This document shows positions 1 to 7,404 of a DNA stretch of 62,841 bases, piece after piece (positions within the stretch are counted from its first letter, which is position 1; every line of letters begins with the position of its first letter). The DNA lies in the IMG/VR virus record IMGVR_UViG_3300046167_000691, positions 1 to 62,841 of that record; one strand, 5' to 3'. The notes under the pieces were generated by a model. It saw only the letters and a program-made list of their open reading frames with translations, had not been told where the DNA came from and did not search any database. The stretch comes from a virus (lineage: Duplodnaviria > Caudoviricetes). The position numbers and the translations under genes were made by a program.

Positions 1-54
1 GTTTTACCTAACTAAATAGTATATTTACACTTAAATACCCTAGTGAGAACCGTT

Positions 55-271
55 TTAACAACAATTACATCGATCCCACTCTTTACCGTTTCTACATGTT
101 TCACCTAAAACTTCTAAATCGCAGAATTCTCGGTGATAGAACTCTATTAACTCTGTTGTAGTGAACTTCTTCCTCCACTGAGTTGTCTGTTCGATCCAGT
201 GGTACTCACCGGATTTTTTCTACATTTCCGTCATTCATCCATTCTAACATTTCTTTAGTTACTTCATACAT
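55..271 (-). pseudogene. Copy of the 71-aa early ORF (61247-61462) with a +1 T in a homopolymer
   Basis: GGATTTTTTC (6 T, 214-219) versus GGATTTTTC (5 T) in the right copy; probably a sequencing error. Confidence 0.7.
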
Positions 272-313
272 AGTTATTATATTTAATTATTAGTTTATTA
301 TTAATTACACTTT

Positions 314-336
314 TATTATATATTACATGTCGTTTT
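314..336 (-). promoter_or_regulatory. Early-class promoter AAAACGAC-N8-TATAAT
   Basis: Repeated fixed-spacing motif upstream of a - strand ORF. Confidence 0.75.
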
Positions 337-473
337 TGCTATACACACACTCTGTTTTGTGGTAAAATTTCGATCTTTTTAGCTAAAATACGGTGAATTT
401 GGCTAAAGAACATAGGTATGCTATACACACAGTGTAGATTACTGTATTTTAGTTAAAAGCCGAAGCTATAAGC

Positions 474-791
474 CTACTTTTTAGTAGACTTAGCTTCAGT
501 TATAGTTGCCAGATGTCTGACAGTGCTTGGTAGGTTAGTACTTTGTGACCAGTACTTTCTTTTTATCCAGCAAGCTTGTAGTTGTAGCTTAGGTAACATT
601 GCATTGAGTATTGTATCATGACAGTATGTTACAGTTTGCTTTTTGTTGTTAACAAAGGTGATCTGTTGGTTGCGACCGAGCCAAGATTCTCTGACTACAA
701 AGTTTTTTCTGATGATCGGAGGCCAGATTTTAGCTTTATCTTCGTTTGACATTGTTTTTAGTGCTTTTTGCATAATTTCATTTGTGCTCAT
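474..791 (-). CDS. Early hypothetical protein, 105 aa
   Basis: ORF track; second allele at 61843-62160 differs mostly at synonymous sites. Confidence 0.85.
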   Translation of the reverse strand: MSTNEIMQKALKTMSNEDKAKIWPPIIRKNFVVRESWLGRNQQITFVNNKKQTVTYCHDTILNAMLPKLQLQACWIKRKYWSQSTNLPSTVRHLATITEAKSTKK

Positions 792-837
792 AATTTTTAA
801 TTTTAAGTTTATAATTTATTTTTAGTTTATATATTAA

Positions 838-860
838 TATTATATATTAATAGTCGTTTT
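838..860 (-). promoter_or_regulatory. Early-class promoter
   Basis: AAAACGAC-N8-TATAAT motif. Confidence 0.75.
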
Positions 861-948
861 AGTTATTTTATATAAATTAATTAAATTTAATATTTATTTT
901 TATATTTATTTTAATTATAATAATTATATTTATTATTAACTACATTTA

Positions 949-971
949 TATTATATATATAGTGTCGTTTT
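949..971 (-). promoter_or_regulatory. Early-class promoter, abutting TGCTATAC
   Basis: AAAACGAC-N8-TATAAT motif. Confidence 0.75.
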
Positions 972-1022
972 TGCTATACACAATGCTATGCACATTTTGC
1001 GATCGAGTAAAAAAATGCTATA

Positions 1023-1098
1023 CGCAGCCGGACCCCGGCTGGTTACCTCCGAGGTCAATTAGCTGAGGTCATCCCTCCTCACACCAAGGTCCGATGCG
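1023..1098 (-). ncRNA. Three-way-junction RNA motif, copy 1
   Basis: Long P1 with G-U pairs only on the - strand; P2 TGAGG/CCTCA; P3 ACCT/AGGT; conserved with 58263-58317. Confidence 0.65.
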
Positions 1099-1251
1099 CT
1101 AGACTGAAGCCCAGAACAGATCTTGCTGCTCTGGAGTTAGTCCTTTTAAGTTATCCTGGCCGAACATATCCTGGCAGATCTGGGTTCTTCGTTCAGACTC
1201 AGCTATGCCTCGCATAACCTCATCCCATGCTTGTGAATTAGTTTGATACAT
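1099..1251 (-). CDS. Early micro-ORF, 50 aa (MYQTNSQAWDEVMRG...)
   Basis: Translated by eye; frame conserved in the right repeat copy. Confidence 0.75.
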   Translation of the reverse strand: MYQTNSQAWDEVMRGIAESERRTQICQDMFGQDNLKGLTPEQQDLFWASV

Positions 1252-1252
1252 A

Positions 1253-1357
1253 TTAATTAATTTGTGTTAGTGAGTTAAGATATTCTACTGCGAGTGCTAG
1301 TTCGTAGTCATAGTTCATTGCTTGTGTGTACAGGTACTCTTCATTGTAATTTTTCAT
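1253..1357 (-). CDS. Early micro-ORF, 34 aa (MKNYNEEYLYTQAMNYDYE...)
   Basis: Translated by eye; tightly packed between neighbours; synonymous changes between repeat copies. Confidence 0.65.
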   Translation of the reverse strand: MKNYNEEYLYTQAMNYDYELALAVEYLNSLTQIN

Positions 1358-1358
1358 A

Positions 1359-1436
1359 TTAGTTTCGGATTGCGAAAGCTGCAGCAGCTCCCAGATTAGA
1401 CATTACTTTTTTAATTTTGATAATTGCATTTTTCAT
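1359..1436 (-). CDS. Early micro-ORF, 25 aa (MKNAIIKIKKVMSNLGAAAAFAIRN)
   Basis: First ORF after the promoter at 1463-1485. Confidence 0.55.
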   Translation of the reverse strand: MKNAIIKIKKVMSNLGAAAAFAIRN

Positions 1437-1462
1437 ATTATAGTTTTTATTAGTTACATTAT

Positions 1463-1485
1463 TATTATATATTATACGTCGTTTT
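1463..1485 (-). promoter_or_regulatory. Early-class promoter
   Basis: AAAACGAC-N8-TATAAT motif. Confidence 0.75.
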
Positions 1486-1493
1486 TAAAATAC

Positions 1494-1634
1494 TTAGCTA
1501 ACTAAGTACTTTATATGATCTCTTATGAAGTTTATATCTTCTTCATGAAAATGATTGTGATACTCTCCATTTAATTTTGTTAGTACATCATACATTTTTT
1601 CTTCTTTTGAGTAATTGATTGTGAATTCAAACAT
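1494..1634 (-). CDS. Early micro-ORF, 46 aa; probable paralogue of 1804-1986
   Basis: MFEFTINYSKEEKMYDVLTKLNGEYHNHFHEEDINFIRDHIKYLVS, translated by eye. Confidence 0.65.
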   Translation of the reverse strand: MFEFTINYSKEEKMYDVLTKLNGEYHNHFHEEDINFIRDHIKYLVS

Positions 1635-1719
1635 AATTTTTAATTTTTAATTTTTAATTTAATTTATAATTTATTTTAATTATTATTAATAATATTATTA
1701 TTATTATTAACTTCATATT

Positions 1720-1742
1720 TATTATATATACAGTGCCGTTTT
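1720..1742 (-). promoter_or_regulatory. Early-class promoter (CGGC variant)
   Basis: AAAACGGC-N8-TATAAT. Confidence 0.65.
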
Positions 1743-1768
1743 TGCTATACATGCTATACGCACGTAAT

Positions 1769-1802
1769 AAAAAAATGCTATACGCGATTTCTCGCGCAAG
1801 CT
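1769..1802 (-). terminator. Intrinsic terminator
   Basis: GCTTGCGCGA-GAAA-TCGCGTATAGC followed by A and T7 on the - strand, directly after the 1804 stop. Confidence 0.65.
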
Positions 1803-1803
1803 T

Positions 1804-1986
1804 TTAATAATTATTCCACCATTTTATTAAATTAGCATTTAAATTTTTATTTAAATTTATTATATAATTATTTATATAATTTTTATTTTCTTCACTAAAG
1901 CTATGAAATAATTTATTATTTAAATATATATATATGTGATAGCATTTATTAATTTCGTCAAATATTATTTTATTAGTAAAATCCAT
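1804..1986 (-). CDS. Early hypothetical protein, 60 aa
   Basis: ORF track; very AT-rich. Confidence 0.65.
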   Translation of the reverse strand: MDFTNKIIFDEINKCYHIYIYLNNKLFHSFSEENKNYINNYIINLNKNLNANLIKWWNNY

Positions 1987-2039
1987 AATTTATTATTTTT
2001 ATTTATTATTAATTTATTTATTATTATTTTTATTTATTA

Positions 2040-2228
2040 TTATTTTATATTTATTATTTTATATTTTAAATAATTATTATTAAATATTTTATCAACTTCT
2101 TTTAAATCTTTTTTATTAATTAATATTAATTTATTATTAATTTGAATCGGATGCTTTAATATATTTTTATTTATTATAATATTTAATATATTTTTAGGCT
2201 GACTAGTTTTTAATTTTAATATTTGCAT
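2040..2228 (-). CDS. Early hypothetical protein, 62 aa
   Basis: ORF track; downstream of the promoter at 2331-2353. Confidence 0.6.
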   Translation of the reverse strand: MQILKLKTSQPKNILNIIINKNILKHPIQINNKLILINKKDLKEVDKIFNNNYLKYKIINIK

Positions 2229-2330
2229 AATTTTTAATTTTAAATTTAATTTATTAATTTATTTTTTTATTTATTTTTATAATTAATTTAATATTTATTT
2301 TTATATTTATTTAATTATTTTCTTTATAAT

Positions 2331-2353
2331 AATTATATATAGAGTGTCGTTAT
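2331..2353 (-). promoter_or_regulatory. Early-class promoter (variant), outermost of the early arm
   Basis: ATAACGAC-N8-TATAAT. Confidence 0.6.
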
Positions 2354-2420
2354 TGCTATACACGCTAGCGCTGCAGCTAGCTGCTTATAAAATATTAAAC
2401 GAAAAAGCCTGTTGCTTGCT

Positions 2421-2472
2421 GCAAAACTCAAAGCAAAAGGCTAAAGCTAAAAGCTAAAAGCTGAAATCAAAG
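2421..2472. repeat. Short imperfect AAAGCT(A) tandem repeats at the divergent early/late junction
   Basis: ...aaagcaaaaggctaaagctaaaagctaaaagctgaaatcaaag. Confidence 0.6.
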
Positions 2473-2571
2473 GGGGACTGGGTAAAATGAATTGCGTTTC
2501 CCGTAGGAAAAAGTTTTTATAAATAAGCATGTAGCCCTATACCTCTTATTATGCAATAACAATTTTTACCT

Positions 2572-2600
2572 GTAGCTTTTGGAAAAAACGTGTAATTATA
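2572..2600 (+). promoter_or_regulatory. Middle/late-class promoter GTAGCTTT-N9-CGTGTAATTATA
   Basis: Motif repeated 6 times with 21-22 nt from GTAG to TRATTATA; heads the structural arm. Confidence 0.75.
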
Positions 2601-2626
2601 TATAACCATATAATAGAATGTAACGG

Positions 2627-2920
2627 ATGGCTTCAAAACAAAAATTATCGCCTGCGGCTAGAAAAGCAAAAGCGAAGAGAGACCTGGCTTATGCTAAGAC
2701 GGCTGATAGACGTAAGAAGAAGGCGCATGCACAGAGAGAAAGACGCAGAGCTAAACGCAGAGGTAAAAATGTCGATGGGTTAGATTGGGATCATAAAGAT
2801 GGCCGATGGGAAAAGATTTCTCGCAATAGAGCTAATGATGGAGAGGGAACAAAAAAAGAAGGTAAAAAGAAATATAAGGTACCGAAGCGCAAGCGCCGGG
2901 TTAAAAAGAAAAAGAAATGA
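2627..2920 (+). CDS. Basic protein with HNH-like motif
   Basis: K/R-rich; DWDHKDG...SRNRAND. Confidence 0.55.
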   Translation: MASKQKLSPAARKAKAKRDLAYAKTADRRKKKAHAQRERRRAKRRGKNVDGLDWDHKDGRWEKISRNRANDGEGTKKEGKKKYKVPKRKRRVKKKKK

Positions 2921-3723
2921 GTAGAATTACTACATATCCTATAATATCCACGGTAGCTCAAGATGACCTGCTAGTTATATCCGATGTTAGTTCTTCTACG
3001 TTTCCGACTAAGAGTGTTACGGTACAACAATTGGTGGGTGGAAGTACCGCCCCCTTAGCGCTGACTGTGAATGGAACATCGGGAGCAGCTACTTTAATAA
3101 ACAATGTTTTAAACATACCTCAGTATATTGGGGGTGTAAGTAGAATAATAGCGGGTACTAATGTAACCATATCGCCATCTGGTGGCACTGGAGCGGTAAC
3201 AATTAATGCCAGCGGCGGTGGTGGTGGCGGTATAAGTACTGTTAGCGCTACTGGAAAAACTGGGCCATCTTCCATTACAGGAACTAATCTTAACGTACCG
3301 GACTATAATAGGGACCAATTGGCTTTTTCTTTTAGTATAACTACCTCGAGTAATCCAATTATTAGGGTTGGTAGAAATACATTTACTCCCACAGCCGGCT
3401 CGGGAGATGTTAATTGGAGTATTGCAGCAGACGGTGGGACCGTGGGAAGCTTTACAATTACCGCATCGGCACAAGTGTTTAGTAATACCAGTAGCGGTAA
3501 TTACTTAACGCATTTTACTATAATGGACCCCAACCTAACAACTCCTTCATCGGGTACGGGGACTCTACCTAGAATAGCTATAGCAAAAGTAACCAGCACA
3601 ACTACTTTTAATTTAAGTTTCTTTCAGGGGCAGTCCGGTAATGTGCTTGGGCAAAGAATTGCTCCGGCTACTGGGGATCTTCCCGTTACGGTAATGGTAT
3701 CTAGGTATCTTTTAGGATTTTAA
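2917..3723 (+). CDS. Virion fibre/decoration protein
   Basis: G/S/T-rich, with repeated GAATLINNVLNIPQY / GPSSITGTNLNVPDY units. Confidence 0.6.
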   Translation: MSRITTYPIISTVAQDDLLVISDVSSSTFPTKSVTVQQLVGGSTAPLALTVNGTSGAATLINNVLNIPQYIGGVSRIIAGTNVTISPSGGTGAVTINASGGGGGGISTVSATGKTGPSSITGTNLNVPDYNRDQLAFSFSITTSSNPIIRVGRNTFTPTAGSGDVNWSIAADGGTVGSFTITASAQVFSNTSSGNYLTHFTIMDPNLTTPSSGTGTLPRIAIAKVTSTTTFNLSFFQGQSGNVLGQRIAPATGDLPVTVMVSRYLLGF

Positions 3724-3754
3724 ATAAAAAATAAAAAAATAAAAAAAATAAACA

Positions 3755-4045
3755 ATGGGACAATACGCAAATCAACCAGATTTTGGAACAATAGCGGTAG
3801 CAGTAACTGCTAGCAACACAATAAATAACACTACTAACTTAGATAGCTCATGCTTATTTATAGGAACAGGTGGTGATGTAAAAGTAATACTATCAGGAGT
3901 AAACGGTGCTGGTGGCACAGGGCGACCTACGGCAGCGCAAGCTGTGGTTTTTAAAGGTTTACCAGCAGGATCTTTTTTACCAGTTATAGTAGATTATGTA
4001 CTAGCTACTGGAACAACTGCTGCTGATTTAATAGCTGTTAAGTAA
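3755..4045 (+). CDS. Small structural protein (spike-base-like)
   Basis: LFIGTGGDVKV...FKGLPAGSFLPVIVDYVLATGTTAADLIA pattern. Confidence 0.6.
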   Translation: MGQYANQPDFGTIAVAVTASNTINNTTNLDSSCLFIGTGGDVKVILSGVNGAGGTGRPTAAQAVVFKGLPAGSFLPVIVDYVLATGTTAADLIAVK

Positions 4046-4185
4046 TGGGTGGTCAATCTATAGGTAACGGTATATGGTGGCCTTCTAATTATGGAGGCGG
4101 CGGTGGTGGTGGTCCGTTTATTATAGCGGAAAATGGTGACTTCATATTATCTGAAGCAGGAGATAACTTAACCCCAGAAAATTAA
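4045..4185 (+). CDS. Small Gly-rich structural peptide, 46 aa
   Basis: MGGQSIGNGIWW...IIAENGDFILSEAGD; translationally coupled to the upstream gene. Confidence 0.6.
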   Translation: MGGQSIGNGIWWPSNYGGGGGGGPFIIAENGDFILSEAGDNLTPEN

Positions 4186-4204
4186 AAACATAAAATAATA
4201 AACA

Positions 4205-6724
4205 ATGGCAAATATAAAATTTTCAGAATTTACTGAGGCAGCTGCAATAGGAGACATAGCTTTTGTTGTAGGATATGATGGATCAACCAATAAAAGAATA
4301 CTAGCTACCGATCTATTGGGGAATTATCTTCCTTTAGCTGGTGGTACAATGACTGGTAATACTCTCCACGGAGATAACGTAAAAAGTATTTATGGAGCTG
4401 GTGGAGATCTTGAAATTTATCACACTGGAACCCACAGTATTATAAAAGACGCTGGTACTGGTAATTTACAACTTAATGCTGGTAGTTTTGTATTAAACAA
4501 TTCAGGTGATACTCAAAATATGATTATTGCAATTGATGGGGGTGCTACTACGCTTTTTTGTGCAGGCGTTAATAGATTAGCAACTACATCCACGGGTATT
4601 ACTGTTGCTGGTAATGGTATATTTTCAGGTAACGTTGGTATAGGAACTACGAGTCCTAATGAAAAATTACAAGTTGCAGGAAACATTCACGCATACGCAC
4701 CTGGTGGTGTTAATGCTGAATTAGCAGCAAGTACTGCAGCAGGTTCAACTACTATAGCAATTAGGTCTTCAGGTGTAACTCATTTTAATGGGGGTAACGT
4801 AGGGATAGGTACTACTGCTCCTGGTGCTAAATTGCAAATTGGTTCTGCAACACATGCACCAAGTGGTAATTTAGCTAACAATCTTTTACAGATTAAATCG
4901 GCTTCAGGTTTCGCATATTTAACTATTGGTAACGGAGACTCTGCAAACGCTACGTCTTATATCGGTGGCGCTTCTGGTCTTACGGTAGTCGGTTCGGTAA
5001 CAGATGCTGGGGCTTTATCAGAATATATGCGTATAACCAATACAGGTAATGTAGGAATAGGAACTTCTAGTCCTAGCGATAAATTATCTGTTGTTTCAAC
5101 AGTTGGTATAGTAGGTGATGGTACAAATCAAGGTTTATTAAAACTTTATTGTGAAGCAGGAACTCCCCACTACGTAGGGCTAAAAGGACCTAATCATTCT
5201 GGGGGTAGTAGTTATACATTACAACTACCAAACACATTACCTAACGTAGCTAATCAAATACTTGAGTCAAATGCAACGGGAACCTTATCTTGGATTGCTA
5301 CACCAAGTGGTGGCGGGGGCGCATCAAGTTTAAATGGTTTAAGTGATGTCGCACTAACAGCTTTTACTTCTGCATTAATAAATATACCAGCAGGAGGCAT
5401 AGGTAGCTATAGTTTCACTATGGGGGCTGGGGCTGGTAATTCAATGACCACTGGCGCTCAAAGTAACACATTTATTGGTTACAACGCCGGAAACTCTAAT
5501 AATGGGGACAATCATGTTATGATAGGAGCTCATGCAGGGGAAAGAAATGCTGCGACTGTGTCATTTGGTAATGTTATGATAGGTAGATATGCCGGTAGAG
5601 GAGCGGTTGGAAGCGATGCACATTCTACTATAGCTATAGGCGAATCCGCTTTAGAAGCTGTAACGGGGGGCGACAGAAATATAGCAGTAGGGTTTCATGC
5701 TTTAAGAAGATTAACAACAGCTGGCTCAACTATTGCTATAGGACCAGAAGCTGGGGAATTTATTATTGATAAATCTGATTCAGTTATTATTGGCTATCAG
5801 GCCATGGAAAATGCTAATTCTGGGCAATGTGTAGTCATAGGTAGTCAGGCGAATGACACAGCTGTAACAAATTTCGGCACGGGAGCTATTCATATAGGTT
5901 ATCAAGCAGGTAGATCTTCTACAGGAAACCGAAAAATTAATATTGGTTGGACCGCAGGAACCGCTCAAACCACAGGAGGTGGTGTAAATATTGGTGAAAG
6001 AGCAGGTGCTAGTAATACGAGTTCACAAGGTAGAGTATGTGTTGGGGGCTATTCAGCTCAGTACAACACGGGGAGTTCTAATACTTTTATAGGAGAATAT
6101 TCTGGGCAAGGTATATCTGGATCGTCTAACGGCGGTTACAACACCACTTTAGGTTACAAATCAATGGAGGACCTTACAAGCGCTCAGTATAACACTGCAG
6201 TAGGTATTAATGCTGGTGGAGGAATTTCAACTGGATCGTTTAATACAATTTTAGGTGGGTATTCGGGTAATCCAGCGGGCAAACTTACTACAGGTAGCTA
6301 TAATGTGCTTTTAGGTGTAAACGCTCAAGGATCTACTGCTACTGTAAATAATGAAGTTAGTATTTTTAATAATAGTGTATTCGCTAGGTTCCAGGGTAGT
6401 GCAGTTGCTTGGTCATTTGTTTCTGACAAAAGAGATAAAAAAGATATAAAAGATTTAGAGCTAGGCCTTGATTTCGTTGACAAATTAAAACCAAGAAAGT
6501 TTAAATGGAATTTAAGATCTTCTGATAAAGATGATGGCGCAGAAGCATCAGGGTTTATAGCGCAGGAAATAAAAGAAACTCTTGATGAAAGCGGAATTGA
6601 CTATACAGGAATAGTTAACACGGATGACCCTAACCAATACACGGTAGCTCAAGCTAACATTATACCAATGCTAGTTAAAGCTATCCAAGAATTAAAAGCA
6701 GAAATAGAAATATTAAAATCTTAA
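4205..6724 (+). CDS. Tail fibre/spike with YadA-like head repeats and C-terminal peptidase S74 autochaperone
   Basis: GNVGIGTTSP repeats, NTxIGxxAG repeats, SDKRDKKDIKDL...GFIAQE...LVKAIQEL. Confidence 0.9.
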   Translation: MANIKFSEFTEAAAIGDIAFVVGYDGSTNKRILATDLLGNYLPLAGGTMTGNTLHGDNVKSIYGAGGDLEIYHTGTHSIIKDAGTGNLQLNAGSFVLNNSGDTQNMIIAIDGGATTLFCAGVNRLATTSTGITVAGNGIFSGNVGIGTTSPNEKLQVAGNIHAYAPGGVNAELAASTAAGSTTIAIRSSGVTHFNGGNVGIGTTAPGAKLQIGSATHAPSGNLANNLLQIKSASGFAYLTIGNGDSANATSYIGGASGLTVVGSVTDAGALSEYMRITNTGNVGIGTSSPSDKLSVVSTVGIVGDGTNQGLLKLYCEAGTPHYVGLKGPNHSGGSSYTLQLPNTLPNVANQILESNATGTLSWIATPSGGGGASSLNGLSDVALTAFTSALINIPAGGIGSYSFTMGAGAGNSMTTGAQSNTFIGYNAGNSNNGDNHVMIGAHAGERNAATVSFGNVMIGRYAGRGAVGSDAHSTIAIGESALEAVTGGDRNIAVGFHALRRLTTAGSTIAIGPEAGEFIIDKSDSVIIGYQAMENANSGQCVVIGSQANDTAVTNFGTGAIHIGYQAGRSSTGNRKINIGWTAGTAQTTGGGVNIGERAGASNTSSQGRVCVGGYSAQYNTGSSNTFIGEYSGQGISGSSNGGYNTTLGYKSMEDLTSAQYNTAVGINAGGGISTGSFNTILGGYSGNPAGKLTTGSYNVLLGVNAQGSTATVNNEVSIFNNSVFARFQGSAVAWSFVSDKRDKKDIKDLELGLDFVDKLKPRKFKWNLRSSDKDDGAEASGFIAQEIKETLDESGIDYTGIVNTDDPNQYTVAQANIIPMLVKAIQELKAEIEILKS

Positions 6725-6728
6725 AAAT

Positions 6729-6983
6729 ATGAGACGTAACACAGTAACAGCAGAAAAAGGATATGACGAAAATGATATATTAAATATACAAAGCCAATTA
6801 CCATCCCAACTACAGGATATTTCAGTGGCTGATATAGAGAGCGAAGTATACCAAAATATACAAGGTCACTTTTTATTCGTTTTAGCAGAAGATTTTTACA
6901 AAGATGAATTAACAGCTGAGCAAATAACTGAAATGGAAAGTTATCTACCTGAAAATTATCAAGAAATTTTTTATACTAATTAA
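6729..6983 (+). CDS. Acidic hypothetical protein (fibre-associated)
   Basis: ORF track; position. Confidence 0.6.
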   Translation: MRRNTVTAEKGYDENDILNIQSQLPSQLQDISVADIESEVYQNIQGHFLFVLAEDFYKDELTAEQITEMESYLPENYQEIFYTN

Positions 6984-7010
6984 TAATAGAAACATTAAAA
7001 ACTTAAAATT

Positions 7011-7352
7011 ATGATTACTTACGAATGGAATTGCAAAACAGTTGACTGCTATGTTGAAACAGAGGGAGAATCTGATGTAGTGTATAATGTGCATTGGATT
7101 GTTACTGGAGTTTCAGATACATTAAACCCACAAGGGGATCCTTACACGTCAACTAGCATTGGAACACAAGAATTAAAAATTGATGATATTACAAACTTTA
7201 TACCTTTTGATCAACTTACAAACGATGAGGTAGCAGCGTGGACTAAAAGCACAATGGGAGATGAACAAGTAACATATATTGAAGCAGGTATCGCGTCAGC
7301 TATTGAGTTACTTATAAACCCAGTTTCTGTTACTTTACAAGTTGGAGGCTGA
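7011..7352 (+). CDS. Conserved fibre-associated protein
   Basis: VVYNVHW...FIPFDQLT..V..W pattern typically found beside marine phage fibres. Confidence 0.65.
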   Translation: MITYEWNCKTVDCYVETEGESDVVYNVHWIVTGVSDTLNPQGDPYTSTSIGTQELKIDDITNFIPFDQLTNDEVAAWTKSTMGDEQVTYIEAGIASAIELLINPVSVTLQVGG

Positions 7353-7358
7353 TAATCT

Positions 7359-7387
7359 GTAGCTTTATAAAATTACGTGTGATTATA
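7359..7387 (+). promoter_or_regulatory. Middle/late-class promoter upstream of groEL
   Basis: GTAGCTTT-N9-CGTGTGATTATA. Confidence 0.75.
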
Positions 7388-7404
7388 TAATAAAATCTAA
7401 TTAA

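Larger units (their letters stand above)
1..1472. repeat. Left copy of terminal redundancy / circular overlap (imperfect)
   Basis: 1-1472 aligns to 61193-62841, with substitutions and a ~177-bp net insertion in the right copy. Confidence 0.95.

Noticed and set aside
1036-1050. GGCTGGTTACCTCC resembles the 16S rRNA 3' end (anti-SD)
   Set aside because: Short and imperfect. It is explained as the reverse complement of the P3/J3-1/P1 part of the 3WJ motif, and no start codon follows the GGAGGT.
314-2361. CRISPR array or mini-array from the recurring GTCGTTTTTGCTATAC, and GTGTAGAT at 432 resembling a Cas12a repeat end
   Set aside because: Spacing is irregular (110-600 bp), the intervals contain ORFs, and the TCTAC partner needed for a Cas12a stem is absent.
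4205-6724. Diversity-generating retroelement acting on the fibre
   Set aside because: No reverse transcriptase and no TR/VR pair differing at adenines was seen.
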